From Eledone cirrhosa (taxonomy: Eukaryota): a stretch of 64,000 bases of DNA. The notes under the pieces were generated by a model. The model saw nothing but the letters and a program-made list of their open reading frames with translations, made no database searches and was not told where the DNA came from. Positions 1-13,490 of this stretch are shown here, in pieces; within the stretch, counting starts at the first letter, position 1, and every line of letters begins with the position of its first letter. The DNA lies in assembly GCA_964016885.1 (NCBI GenBank), contig OZ024740.1, forward strand, positions 364,994,001 to 365,058,000, written 5' to 3'. The position numbers and the translations under genes were made by a program.

Positions 1-1133
1 GTGAGCAGGCAACGTAGAATTGTCCATGCGAAAAGCAAGGTTCATACAAGTGAATTCCAGCGACGGACAGAGTTTGACCTTGCGACTTGTTTATGGACAT
101 CGCAAAGGCAACACGAAGGGGAAATTGGGTTCGGCGAAAGGAGAAGGGAGTATCCACGCCTGATGTAGTCAGGCTAATTTTTGTTATTATCACATCCTCG
201 CCTTTTCCACATCCGGTTAGAATGGTAGCGTCAATACTAAGTGGAGACACTTTTTTAACCACAAGGCGTGTACCATTGCATAGTTTTGGAGGAGTGATAT
301 TTCTCAGCAAAATAACTGGTGTTCCCTCTTTCAGAACCAATGTATTAGGAGGTAAACCAGGAGGATTTAAAGAATTTAGAAATTCAACTGGATAATTGAC
401 CGCATCCTCTGGATCACATACAGTATCAATAGATTTATATATCCGTGGACATCCAGGAAGAAGCTGAAGAAGCTGATCGTTAATACAGCTAACCGTGATA
501 TTTTTGGGTGCAAGAATGGCTCTTTCGCATAGCCAATCAAGATTCGTATAGTTATCACGCAAGTTCGGGAATACACTCGCCTTGAGATCATCGCCAGTTT
601 CAACTACATTGCCGATGTGATCAATTGCTATGTGTCCATCTGTATCCGGAGGTAGTTATTGTAAGAATGTCTCCAGAAAATGTTGATGACAGAGGGTCCC
701 CATGCAACCTTGCACGCATGTTGGTAGTTAGTCTTAATGATGTCACTTGTCGCCACAATAGTGAAGACTTAAGTGTTTTTTTAACTTTGAAAGTGCAACA
801 AAGAATAAACAAGAAACAAACGATAATATTAGTGATTTATCTTCAAATGAATGTGATGTTTATATTTCTGAAAAGTTGGTTATCTCCTTTTTTATAAGGA
901 TTGTCAATAAAGTTGGTTATCTCCCTTACATCAATTTTGCTACCGATAATTTTGATACAGATTTTTTATTGCTCAACGTGGGTCGATTTGAAAAATGTTT
1001 GTGATGTGACAATCTTAGCGACCCGTGCAACGTGCACAGAAAATTTGGTCAAATTCAGTTGGTAATTGTAAATGCCTTAAGTATGCAAAGTTGTACAGAG
1101 ACACACACATCCTCGCTTTTATATATATAAAGA
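1..1133 (-). mobile_element. Non-autonomous Helitron with decayed PIF1-type helicase C-terminus; runs off the left edge of the window
   Basis: Minus strand ~400-1 reads PVEFLNSLNPPGLPPNTLVLKEGTPVILLRNITPPKLCNGTRL...FRRTQFPLRVAFAMSINKSQGQTL...CFSHGQFYVACS (PIF1 helicase motifs). A Helitron-style 5' end a|TCTTTATATATATAAAAG lies at 1133. Confidence 0.85.
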
Positions 1134-1232
1134 TTTTTAAATGATTTTCTATTTTCTTAAAAAATCTAGACTATACGACAAAATAAGTTAACTAATTTCT
1201 CTCTCCGTTATTTTCTCTGATTATTTCTCTCT

Positions 1233-1607
1233 CTCAATTCCGCTTATAATCATTTAAGATAGGTATTAAATCAAAAGTATATATTATATCAAAGAAAAAA
1301 ATATTCTAAGACAGAAATAATATTACGAAAATATAATGATAAACGGGGAAAGAATTTGGATTATAGAATTTGTAGGTAAGCTATTTTTGTTTATGTCTAT
1401 TTAGATACTGAAATTATTGAGTAGAAATGTATTTAATAATTGATATGGTTCTTTTTATATATATTTTTTTTTAATATATAGTTGAGTATGCTTTAATATT
1501 ATGTGATAAATTATTTATTTTAAAAGAAGAAAGATAATTATCTATGTTAAAAATTATATATATGCTTATTTAATACCTATCTTAAATGATTATAAGCGGA
1601 ATTGAGA
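1233..1607. repeat. Inverted repeat (~39-bp arms at 1233-1271 and 1569-1607)
   Basis: ctcaattccgcttataatcatttaagataggtattaaat is the exact reverse complement of atttaatacctatcttaaatgattataagcggaattgag. Confidence 0.85.
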
Positions 1608-1785
1608 CTGAATAACGGTCGATTTTTGTTTTGTTTTTTTTACCAATCTAATTATGCTATATTTTAAATAATTTATGAAACGTTTAAACCAACTGTAATG
1701 TTTTCTCCCAGTAACATAACCTCCTGTGTTGAGTTTTTTCTAGTCATATACTTGGTGGTCATGAAAAAATTATACATTTTCTATG

Positions 1786-1842
1786 TATTTTATCTGGAGA
1801 GGACATAAAACTTTACATCTTCGAAATATATATAATGAAATA
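1786..1842 (+). ncRNA. Degenerate type I hammerhead ribozyme
   Basis: tattttat-CTGGAGA-stem II-GAAA-tatata-TA-atgaaata. One core substitution; same layout as the motifs at 31326 and 36404. Confidence 0.6.
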
Positions 1843-1877
1843 GATATGATATAAAGTATTTATCTTTGGTTTATAAC

Positions 1878-1923
<46 letters not shown>

Positions 1924-1929
1924 TATATG

Positions 1930-2094
1930 TTTATCCTGGGTTCAATTGGGGGTTACCACAGTAGGTAAGGTACTCAATACATAGCAGAGTATAAATATTT
2001 AATATAGAAATGGCTTCTACAGGACTAAAACTGTTTCATTCGGGAGAAATCATTTTTTCCCAAATGAAACAGTTCTAGTCATATAGAAGCCATT

Positions 2095-2097
<3 letters not shown>
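1930..2097. mobile_element. Penelope-like pLTR end with fold-back hairpin (2006-2097); related copies at ~3241-3350 and ~59601-59712
   Basis: agaaatggcttctacaggactaaaactgtttcatt pairs with aatgaaacagttctagtcatatagaagccatttct. The block GAAAC-agttcta-GTC-ctgtagaag (a hammerhead 3' half) recurs at ~3270 and ~59609. Confidence 0.65.
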
Positions 2098-2163
<66 letters not shown>

Positions 2164-2167
<4 letters not shown>

Positions 2168-2700
2168 TTTTACGAGGTTTTTTATATGAAATCGTGTGTC
2201 GAAACAAATATTGTTATACTTGAGAAAGACCCACTTAAAAATAAAGGTGGTAGAAAAGCCAGGAACCACCATAAAATCCCTGATCAGCAAAACCTACCCT
2301 TTTAAGAAAACCCACTGTACCAATAGGAAATATATCATATGTAAGGTGAACCCCCGGATAAACTGTAAAACTAGAAACGTAGTCTATAGCATAAGATGTA
2401 CAGAGGGTACCTGCAGAAACATGACAACAACATACATAGGTGAGACAGCTCGTAGCATAGGTGAAAGGATAGACCAACACTGGGGGGAACTAAAAGGACG
2501 AAAAAACGGGTCAGTACTATACGAACATGCTAGACAACAACATGACGGTAACATAGACAACATAGAAATTAGAATAATATCTAAACATAGAAATGACCCA
2601 GCAGATAGGTAAATCAGAGAGGCCAGTGAAATAGAAATTAGAAGACCAAGGCTAAACAGAAAGAATGAATGGAATAACAACACCCAAACAAACAACACTG
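2164..2700 (+). pseudogene. Penelope-like element 3' fragment encoding a GIY-YIG endonuclease
   Basis: ORF 2196-2612 contains NVVYSIRC...YIGETARSIGERIDQH. After the stop the frame continues IREASEIEIRRPRLNRKNEW, a typical PLE endonuclease C-terminus. Confidence 0.85.
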
Positions 2701-2963
2701 ACCTAAGAGAAGTATAAATAAGTAAATAAAATAAAATAAATAAATAAATAAATAAATACATACACAAGCACAATAACAACAAGCACATAAACACACACTA
2801 GTCACCCATCACACAGCAAACAAAACACTATACACATACGCAAACGCATGCGCAAAGAAGACAAAATAAAATAAAATAAACAAACAAGCAAATAAATAAA
2901 TAAATATATAGACAGACTGAATAAAAATGGCGTAGACATACAATACAACAGGAGGATAATATA

Positions 2964-3026
2964 ACACCACTGACGATGTTGCAGATGTGCAACGAAAGAT
3001 TTATGATAAACTATATATATGTGTTT
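2964..3026 (+). ncRNA. Hammerhead-like motif downstream of the Penelope GIY-YIG fragment
   Basis: CTGACGA(2970)-t-gttgca-gatg-tgcaac-GAAA(2994). Stem II is perfect; stems I and III are imperfect. Confidence 0.55.
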
Positions 3027-3208
3027 GTGTCTATATTGTATCTGTATTAGTTTTGACCGTCGGTCAGTCAATGGCAACATTGAGGACCGAGTAAGTTAGA
3101 TTACCGATATAAAAGACACAGAAGCAAGAAGCGAAAACCAACCAAACAGTGAGTGTGTTCTGTTATTAATTCTGGCAATATTACACAAATATGACCCTCC
3201 CCAAGTAT

Positions 3209-3243
<35 letters not shown>

Positions 3244-3760
3244 GACTTTCCAGATGATTGCTTATGAATGAAACAGCTCTAGTCCTGTAGAAGACATTTC
3301 TATAATATAACGATACCTTTACTTTACTAACTGTGGTCACCTCCCGATATACATCAGTAATCCACCTATTATCTATAGATAATATAAAAGAGAGATGTTT
3401 GTTGGTTGGTTGGTTCCTTTGCACATCACACAAAAACAAAAATTGACAATCGAAAAGTAAGTACAGCAATGGAATAAGGGTATATCCAGGAAGGTTTATT
3501 GATACTAATTTTATAAAATAAAAGAAGAAAAAACATCCTGAGTATGCTAACCAACCTGACTGCTATTTCTAGCAAGTTGGGAGACAAGCATAAGGGATTC
3601 TCTCTGCTTGTTTATTGTCAGAGATGCTTGTGTTTCATGGCCAGTGTCTCCGATTCAAACACCCCACACACACATACACGCACATACACATACACACACA
3701 TGTACACACACACACACATTTGTATATAGTTATCTATATCTATATATCATTATCTATATC

Positions 3761-3948
3761 TGCGGTGGATTGGCAGTATCAATAGTGAGTCGGACGCCAT
3801 GCTTTCCAGCATAGTTACGTCCCTTTACGGTCTGAGTTCAAATCCCGCCGAGGTTAACTTTGCCCTTCATCCTTACGGGGTCGATACAATAAAGTACCAG
3901 TAATGTACTGGGTAATTGCTGGCCTTGTGCCAAAAGTAGAAACAATTA
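3761..3948 (+). mobile_element. tRNA-derived SINE family A
   Basis: A/B-box-like head (tggcagtatc...gttcaaatccc), central gcccttcatccttacggggtcgata...gtaccag block and (att) tail. Flanked by the attatctatatct duplication. Multiple copies in the window. Confidence 0.85.
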
Positions 3949-4517
3949 TCTATATCTATATATGACATAAAAGATTGGAACTCCCATCATCCTTTTGAGA
4001 ATCATGGACCAATGGCGTCTCTGCAATGTCACACACTTAACTCTCAGGCAGAAAATGAACCATCTCCTAGAGGTCACTTGAAGGCAATCATCAAGGAGAA
4101 AATGCATTTATTCTCAAGATTCCCTACATCCGTTTCTCTACAGAGCTACCCTTCAAATTCTCAAGACTTCAGTTCCCTGTTTCAGCCAGATTTGCTATGA
4201 CTGTACATAAAGCTCAGGATCAGTGTCTCAAAGTTGTAGGATTGAATACGAGAGAATCAGTTCTTACCCAAGGACAGTTATATGTAGGTTGTTCATGAGT
4301 GGGAACACCTAGAAATCTTCATATACTATGCACGAACGGTAAAACGAAGAATCTGGTGTATCTGAAAGATTTTTTACTGTTTTTTTTTTGTTTTTTTTTT
4401 GTCACACACCATGGTCTTGCCTCATACTGTAAACCAGATAAACATCCAATGTAGTCGTTTTCTCTTCTATCTGTCTACTCTTATGTTTACCTGGGCGAAG
4501 CTGAGTGTGTCAGCTAG
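3949..4517 (+). mobile_element. Second Helitron relic: PIF1 helicase C-terminus plus canonical 3' end
   Basis: Decayed KIGTPIILLR...RLQFPVSARFAMTVHKAQDQCLKVVGL...QGQLYVGCS*VG...TKNLVY. Ends cctgggcgaagctgagtgtgtcagCTAG|t (4514-4517), i.e. a subterminal hairpin relic plus CTRR. Confidence 0.85.
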
Positions 4518-4542
4518 TATATATATAATATATATATATATA

Positions 4543-4731
4543 ATTGTTTCTATTTTTGGCACAAGGTCAGCAATTACTCAGTACATTACTGGTACTTTAT
4601 TTTATCGACCCCTTAAGGATGAAAGGCAAAGTTAACCTCGGCGGGATTTGAACTCAGATCATAAAGAGACGTAACTCTATGCTTCAAAGCATGGTGTCCG
4701 ACTCTCTATCGATACTGCCAATCCACCGCCC
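4543..4731 (-). mobile_element. SINE family A copy
   Basis: Reverse complement of 3761-3948. Confidence 0.85.
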
Positions 4732-4791
4732 TTATATTATATTATATATATATATATATATAATATATTATATATATTATATATATATTAT

Positions 4792-4836
<45 letters not shown>

Positions 4837-4838
4837 TA

Positions 4839-4878
<40 letters not shown>

Positions 4879-6493
4879 ATATTATATATATATATATAAT
4901 ATATGTAATATATATATAATATATAACATATATATGTATATATATATATATATGATAAACATACACACAGATACAGACACAGACAGACTCACATTTCTGA
5001 TTCCACCCTGCCAGTCCCTTCAATCTTTCTAATTTCTCATTCTTTCTTCTGATAAAGGACTAGCGTCCGGAATATTAAAACCCTCTTCCTGCTATTTCAA
5101 GTGTTAAACTAATATATTCCTTCCATATACTGTACCGATTGTGTTGTTATTTCTGTATTCCTTTTATACACACACACACACATATATATATATATATGTA
5201 TGTATATATGTATGTATATATGTATGTATATATGTATGTATATATGTATATAATGAAGTTGTGCTGGTGTCACAACAAAAGCACCCAGTCCACTCTGTAA
5301 AATGATAGTGCTGATGTCCCGATAAAAAGGACACAGTCCACCCTGTAAATATTTGTTTATATTTTACGATCTTTGTGCCATTTTTTCCATAAAATATCAT
5401 CATCATCATCATCATTCATTTAACATCATCATCATCTCATTTAACATCATCATCATTTAATATCATCATCATCATCTCATTTAACATCCACTTTGCCTGC
5501 TGGCATGTGTTTTACAGGTTGTCATAATCAGAGATTAGATGGGTCAAGGAATCATATCTTGGTCATACATTCCATATTTTGTTAAATTTGTGTATAATAG
5601 ACATACATTTACTGAGTATTTCAAGCTGTGATCATATCACAGCTGCCTTGGTATATACATATTGTCTACTAGTCCATATATTCCTTTATGCTGGATCACA
5701 CTGTGTTAGTACTGTTGTTAATTAATACAAGTCCATCAAGCCTGGACTATATATATAAATAAGCTTTGAACAAGAATAGTTTGTTTACAAAATTTATATG
5801 ACTTCATATGTCTTTTAGATTTCAGTGTCTTGGATTAAGTAAGCAACTGCTGATGATGAGTAACAACTCTGAAGTACATTTATATACCCCTTTTGCACCA
5901 ATATTAAAGGGGCTATGATATGATCACATCTTAAAATTCTTTCAGCAAAGCTATACATATATTTATTATACATAAACATATATATTAGACAATATATGTC
6001 TTTACCCTATATTTTTGTATATTTTAAAACAAAGGGAATAGACTAGTTGAAAATAACTAGTCCACAGTTACATTGCTATTGTTTACCCCCAGTTCAGATT
6101 TATCGAATTGAACTATGATCAAAGACTTTCTAACCAGTCTTCCTCTCACCCAAATATAGGGCATAAATATCATATTATCTAATGTGTTCTTCATTCTTTA
6201 TGACTGTAAGTGCAATTTTGATGGAGATATAACTAGTCCATGATGTTCAAATATCATCATTCCTGTATTTCTTTGTTTATAATATTATTCCTATCTGAAG
6301 CTTAAGTAAAACAAGAATTAATTATATTTTTGTCTATAGAATGATCCCATAGTACAACTATTTCCAGTGTGTCTCCCTTACCATCCTCCGAGGAAACGTC
6401 TTCTCTATTCTGTCCGCCGGGGCTGTGGGGAGGCCAGAGCTAGTGGAGATGGGGAAAGCGGGAGAGACGGAAGCAGTGACTTATATGTATATG

Positions 6494-6650
6494 CAGGTAA
6501 AATTCCCTTATAACGAATTTTTCCATGTAACAACATTTTTTCAATCCCCAACACTCGATTTGTTTCAGTCGATCTCGTTATAAAGAATATTCCGTTACAA
6601 CAAAATTTTTTTTATTCCCCCGTGAATTTCATTATAACAGAATTTCACTG
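6494..6650. mobile_element. Tc1/pogo-type MITE; second copy at 46754-46941
   Basis: TIRs caggtaaaattcccttataacgaa and ttcattataacagaatttcactg|ta. A homologous copy lies at 46754. Confidence 0.75.
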
Positions 6651-7619
6651 TATTTATTTACCCCACATTAATGCTTCACTATATCCATGTAAAATATTTT
6701 GTAAACTTGTACTGTGTTATCCAAATCTTACTGTTTTCATATTTGAATCTATTTGTTTGTTTGTTTCTTAAATTGCTAAGTATGTTTAATCCAAGAAGTT
6801 CACACAAATAGTTTTCTCTGTACTATAGTATTTTGCAGTTTAAATTTAGAGCAAAAATTCCTGAAAACATGTACTCATGTAAAATATGAATCTACCCTTA
6901 ATTTCAGTTCAAAATTTCTTGTGTTATACATGAGAAAATACAGTGTATAAATTAGCTACTTCATGTAGACAGGATGTTATCACAGTAGGATGTGTTGTGA
7001 AAATGTCAGTCATAGACATACTTCTCTCTACTGTTTTATCTATATATTTCTTTAGAATCTTTTACTATTGATTCAGTCATGGTATAGAATTTATGGTGAA
7101 GGAGCCTAGATTTCTATAATTTCATCTCTTCTACCCTTGTTTCTTCCTCCCTCTTACTATTACCTCAACACTGAACAGAGTATTTCTTTACTTTAGCTGG
7201 GAACATCAACAATCTAACTAACATCTTTTCAAACTGTGTTAATGTGTCTACAAGTTACTACTTCCTTATTTATACACCAAGAATGAGAACAGATCTTTTT
7301 GAACTAAATGACCATACAAAGAAGTTTATTTTGATTTCACCCTAAAATGTTACTTTGATTATAACAGTGACAGATGTCCAAACAGTTGTGGTGCTGGTTT
7401 ACCAGCAGAAATTTCAATAGTTTAGCCATGAAACATGGCACATCTACTAATGATGTGCCATGTTTCCTGGCAGCAAAGACCCTCTTGATACTAAACTGCC
7501 TGAAACTAGCCTTGTTTCATGATACAAAAATTGTCCAATTTTAATCCTTTTGACACTAACACACCTGAAATCACACCTTTTCCATGATACAAAACTGTCC
7601 ATTTTAAAATGTTTATATT

Positions 7620-8255
7620 TACCGTATATAAGCCAAGAAATATTAGACCCCAAAAAATCAATGGTAAAATAGGGGGTTGGCTTACATTCAGGGTCAATAT
7701 TTTGATGATTTCCACGTTCAAATTCTATGTAAATAAGGTGCTAAAATATCTGGAGTAATTATTTTACAACGAAACATTGGTTTTCTACATTTACATCACC
7801 GTTGGTGTTATTTATGCATTCCCTTGAAAATATTTCCAATAGATTTTTATAATTTGAACTTTTTAATCCATAAATATCCCATACACATACACTCATGCAC
7901 ACATGTATGCACACATACATGTTTTTCTCTGACTTGATATTACTTTTTCTTTCAATCTCAGAAGTAATCAAAAATTCAAGAAATTTGTTGAAACTTAACC
8001 TGATAGAAACTCATTACATTCATAATGAAGTTGTGAAACAAAAACTATACTCTAAAACATTTTAAACATCAAAATATTAAAACTTCAAAAATATATTTTG
8101 TACTCATAAGAATTTCAAAACTGCACTATTTAAACATAATGTGTTGATTAGCTGCCTCAGATTATAAATAAGGTTTGGATGTTTTTCTATTTCTCAGACA
8201 TAAAATAAGGGGTCATCTTATATTCGAATTGGCTTATATTTGAGTCTATACGGTA
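7620..8255. mobile_element. Non-autonomous Tc1/pogo-type DNA transposon
   Basis: Termini taccgtatataagcc... and ...ggcttatatttgagtctatacggta (TA-flanked CCGTA TIRs). Related end sequences lie at ~8400-8560 and ~28380-28535. Confidence 0.6.
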
Positions 8256-8554
8256 TATTAAAACCTTACATTATAATTTTATTTAAGACATTTCTGTTTA
8301 GTTTCAAATATCAACTTACTGGTTGTAAGAAATGTGTTCTGATACATAGAAATATCAGTATTTATACTGTAATTCCTTGTTTTTTTAAATATTCATTTTG
8401 AGTCCATTTGGGCTTCTGTTTATTGATAGATTATTTTAGATTACAGTGTGAAGTTCAGCCCCTCAAAAATAGTATCTATATAATAGCCGAGCCTATAAGT
8501 TTAACCTAAAAACATAGTCTAAGAAATTCAACTTCTACCTGAGTATATGTGGCA

Positions 8555-8992
8555 TATGTTTATACATGAGGACATATGGTATGATTGTCTATATATGGGT
8601 ATATATGGTATATGTCCATACATAAGTATGTCTGGTACATGTATCTATACATAGGGATAAACAGTATGTGCCTATACATAATTATATATAGTATATGTTT
8701 ATACATAAGTATATATGGTATATGTCTATACATTTGTATATATGGTATATGTCTATACATTAGTATATATGGTGTATATCTATACATAAGTATATATGGT
8801 ATATGTCTATACATAAGTATATATGGTATATCTCTATACATAAGTATGTATGGTATATGTTGTTACATAAGTATATATGGTATATGTCTATACATTAGTA
8901 TATATGGTATATGTCTATACATAAATATATATGGTATATCTCTATACATAAGTATGTATGGTATATGTTGGTTCATAAGTATATGTGGTATA
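8555..8992. repeat. 27-bp minisatellite (tatatggtatatgtctatacataagta)
   Basis: Direct tandem repeat; explains the 9-aa periodic ORFs 8585-9055 and 8560-8841. Confidence 0.9.
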
Positions 8993-9446
8993 TCATTTGT
9001 GAAAGATCTTATTAAGAAATTTCAGTCAAGTTTAATAATGCTTGTTCTAATCTAATCTCAATTATGTTTAGACAAATTATTGCAAAAGCTACAGAAATAT
9101 AAATTTCACTTACAAACTGTGTACAGTTTATTTGTAATTAGTTGAAGTTTAATTAGATATTAATGAAGTTAAGTTAGGTTTCCAATGAAAGCTGCTGAGA
9201 TGTTAGGTCCTGCTAGATGTAAATTAACTCTCTGTATGTTTCAACATGAATTTCTTGGATTTCATAATTAGATTTTTAGACTTTAAATTTCCCTTACTTG
9301 AATGTTGAATTCCCAGTAGATTCCAAAAGTCGTTTATCTCTCAGTAAATTCTCATTAGATTTCAAGAAGGCTTATGAAAATCTAAAACCTGTGGAGTGAG
9401 GTCATGGTAATTTTTTTTTCTTTGTTAACAGTAACTTTGAATACAA

Positions 9447-12400
9447 TCATCATCATCATCATCATCATCATCGTTTAACGTCCATCTTCCATGCTTGCAT
9501 GGGTTTGGACGGGAGTTTTCCCACTTGAAGCAAGATTGGTTGTCCTGCTCGTATAGGACTGTCTGGCAGGTTTTCTACGGCTGGATGCCCTTCCTAACAC
9601 CAACCACGTTTACAGTGTGGACTGGGAGGTTTTTACCGTGTTACCTACACGGCCACATTACAGCGTGGACTGTGTGTTTTTTGTTGTGACACCTACACGT
9701 CTGGCGGGTTTTCTACGGTTGGATGCCCTTCCTAACACCAACCACGTTTACAGTGTGGACTGGGAGGTTTTTACTGTGTTACCTACACGGCCACATTACA
9801 GCGTGGACTGTGTGTTTTTTTGCCGTGACACCTACACGACCTCATTTGTTTCGGACTGGATGTTCTGGTACCAACCTAACTTCACAATGAAGGGGGTGGT
9901 GTGGATGGGGTGGGCGTAGTCGGACAGGGGTGTATTTTTGTTAGAGGTGCCTACTGACTGTAGGTTTCGCTTTGTACTTAGGCAAGGCGGGTCTTCTGTA
10001 TTACTGTGTAGCGCCAAAGATCTTGGTCCAGTGACATTGTCTTGGAGAGGTGTAAGTGTGTGAGGTCGGAATTTATCAAGTCGTCCCAGGTTTTTCTGGG
10101 TCTGCCTACTCCATGGCTACCGTCTATTTTTATCGCCCTGCACTTTTTTATACAGCTGTCCTCTTTCATGCGCATCATGTGACCGTACCAATGTAGTCTT
10201 CTCTCAAGTAAACAACATCTGATCCCTCTTATTCATAATTTCTCCCTTAGTTCGTTTATGCTTTGCCGTTCACGTTTATTACTATTACACATCCAGCGGA
10301 GCATGCAGGCTTCATTCCTCTCCAGTCTGCGTATATCCTCTGCACACAATGCCCAGGTCTCACTGCCATGTAACATTGCTGTTCGTATGCAGACATCATA
10401 CAGCCTGCCTCTCATTTTCAGAGAGAACCCTTTAGCGGCCAATAGTGGTATAAGCTCTCTGAACTTTTTCCATCCCGTTCTGACTCTAGCTACTGTACTT
10501 TCAGAGCACCCTCCCCCACTGCTGATTTTGTCACCCAGGTAACGGAAGATGTCCACTATTTCTATAGAACCATCTGTGCAATGGAATGAGCTAGTATTCT
10601 GTGGCAACTTGCTGCAACTTATTGCACCAGAGCACCGGCCACATATAAAATCTATATTCTTAGTTAGCTTACCTGTGATCCCACTACATCTTTTATGTAC
10701 CCATACTTTGCATTTGGTACATAAAATGGAGTTTCTGCCTACTCCTTTCCTACACACTGAGCATGGCCATTTCCCAGATGGGACCGGTGCCCTATTTTCC
10801 TTCCTACAAACTAGAACTTTAGTCTTAGACAAGTTAACTTTAAGGCCTTTTGATTCTAGGCCATGCTTCCATGTTTGGAATTTCTTCTCTAGTTCAGCCA
10901 TTGATTCAGCTATGAGCGTTAGATCATCTGCATATATGAGTTCCCATGGGCAGCCAGTCTTGAACTCCTCTGTTATAGCCTGAAGGGCAATAATAAATAG
11001 TAGGGGGCTAAGAACGGAGCCCTGATGAACACCAACTTTTACGCTAAACTCTTCACTATATTCCTTGTTAATTCTAACCTTGCTGACTCTTTCTTTATAC
11101 ATGGCTTGTATAGCTCTCACAAGCCATTCATCTACACCTAGTTTTCTAAGAGCCCACCAGATAATGGACTGGGGGACTCTGTCAAAGGCTTTCTCCAGGT
11201 CTACAAAAGCTAAGTATAGGGGTTTACTTTTAGCTAGGTACTTCTCCTGTAGTTGTCGTATAATGAAAAGAGCGTCTGTGGTACTTTTACCTGACACAAA
11301 TCCGAACTGTATTTCATCTAGATCAATTCATTCTCTGATTAATTGTGCTATTACTTTTTCTGTGGCCTTCATGACCTGGTCGATTATTTTAAAGCCTCTA
11401 TAGTTACCCCTATCTAGGGCATCTCCCTTACCCTAGTAGCAGTTAATGATGATGCTGCTACGCCAGTCCTTCGGAACGGCCCCATTCTGTATGACTTGGT
11501 TTACTATTCGGGTGACGATAGTGTGTCCCACCGTTCCAGATGTTTTCAGCATTTCAGCAACTATTTCCGAAGGCCCAGCCGCCTTACCCGTCTTCATATC
11601 TTTGATTGCCTTACCTATTATACTACCTTCAACTAGCACTGCTGGCCCCTCTATTGGATTGATGTGGGGGATACTGTCTTTCTCCCATTTATTCTCCTCA
11701 TTTAGTAGCCTTTCGTAGTGACACTTCCAAGCTACCTTCTTATCAGCGTCAGTGATGGCAAGTACACCATCATCATTAAGGACACACTTCTCCCCAACAA
11801 TATGATGGTTTTCCTTGACACATTGCCTAGCAATCCTGAACACCTCACGTTTTTGGTCCTCGCGTTGTAGAACATGCTTGAACTTTCTTTCCTCTGCTTC
11901 CCTTCTTGTGAAGTACACTTGTCTCCTAGCTTCCCTCCTGGCCACTTGATAGTCTTCTCTACTTCCCCCATCCCGCCATACTTTCCAAGCCTGCTCTTTG
12001 GCCTTGATTGACTCCTCCACCTTACTGTTTCACCACCACGTTACTCTCCTCCTGCCTATAGGCCTGCTCCAGCCACAGACTTCATCTGCCACCTTCAGCA
12101 TGTTAGCTTTCAGGAATTTCCACTGTTCCTCTATATTGTACGACTCTAATTGCTCTTCCTTACTGTCAAAAGCATCAAGTAATATGCTTTTAAATTTATT
12201 ACTGGCTGTGGGGTCCTTTAGCGTCCATATTTTTCTCCTGAGGATAATCCTCCTCTGTTGTCGAGTACGTCTTGTCCTGACTATGAGGTCGCTGACTATG
12301 AGTCTATGTTGGGAGGTGCATTCTTTATGGGGAGGGATTTAGTGTTTAGAACAGACACTCTATCACGTCTTCTGGTAAGGATATAATCTATCTGACTGGC

Positions 12401-13490
12401 GTGTTCCCCTGATCTATAGGTGATCAAGTGATTGTCTCATTTTTTGAAGTTCGTGTTACAGATAGTTAGGTTATTTGCATCACAGAATTCCAGGATTCTG
12501 GAGCCTTCCTCATTTCTAGTACCAAACCCATAGCCTCCATGGATTCCGTCATAGCCCTCACAATGTTGTCCAACGTGACCATTTAGGTTGCCAGCAATAA
12601 TTATGTAGTCACTGTCGGTTATTTGGGAGGTAGTGAGCATCAATGTCTCATAGAATCTGTCTTTTATAGCACCAGGCAGTCCGGATTGGGGTGAATACGC
12701 AGATATTACTGTCACAGTAGTTCTATTTAGGACAAGTCTTATTTTAATTATTCTGTCGTTCACTCTATTTACGTCTATTATCTTATCTACCCATTTTTCT
12801 GCTAACATGATTCCTACCCCACCCAGCCCATTGTCATTTCCCACCCAGAAACGCTTATAGCATCGTTTTTTACCCACAATGAATCTAACAGACACACCCC
12901 TCCACCTGGTCTCTTGGATACAGCAAACATCAACCTCCTTACGTTCAAGCACTTCTACAACCTCATTAGAGCGACCTTTTAAGGTGCCTACATTCATGGT
13001 ACCAACTCTGAAGTTTTGGAATGCGTTTGGTGGGTGTGAATGGTGGGGCGTGGGAAGGGGTGAGGGGGATGGCGTTGGGGTTATGTTGGCCATCCGCGGC
13101 CGAAACAAAGAGGGGGGAGTCCTTGCCTTTTCGTCTGGCAGCATGAGGCAAATTGGTCTTTATCTTTGGCATTGTCACTGAGTTTCCAGATTTTTCAGAC
13201 TCTCCAGATTCCTTAGTCCATCCATCATATCGAAAAGCAACCAGGAGTGATAGCATAGGCTGCTGACTTATGATTGGTCTAAATAATAATGGTGGAGAGT
13301 GGGGGCGGGTGGGAGGGGTATGGGGTAGTTAGCGAGAGGGTTTAAATAAAATCTTCGAATTTTGGACATAATTGGACAAGCATATAACAGTAATAAGCGA
13401 ATAATGGGATTTTAAAATACAAGAAGATTATTTAGAACAACCAGACAGAATTATAGAATAGCATTGAGAGAGAGTAAAAGACATATAATC
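9447..13490 (-). mobile_element. Near full-length RTE-clade LINE, inactivated (APE endonuclease, RT, PHD-type finger, (CAT)n tail)
   Basis: ORF pieces: 12437-13144 (GTMNVGTL, CCIQETRW = APE); 11433-12020; 10233-11297 (FVDLEKAFDRV, GVHQGSVLSPLLF, YADD, C4HC3 finger); 9978-10178 (GRPRKTW). Broken by stops and frameshifts; 5' boundary approximate. Confidence 0.95.

Noticed and set aside
6370-6480. GC-rich patch as exon or promoter
   Set aside because: Too short, with no supported reading frame or motif.
8560-9055. Periodic Tyr/Ile/Cys ORFs
   Set aside because: Products of a 27-bp minisatellite.
10258-13181. Plus-strand ORFs overlapping the LINE (also at 16.5-17.7, 38.0-38.8, 40.7-41.2 and 51.7-53.9 kb)
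   Set aside because: Antisense shadows of the RTE coding frame.
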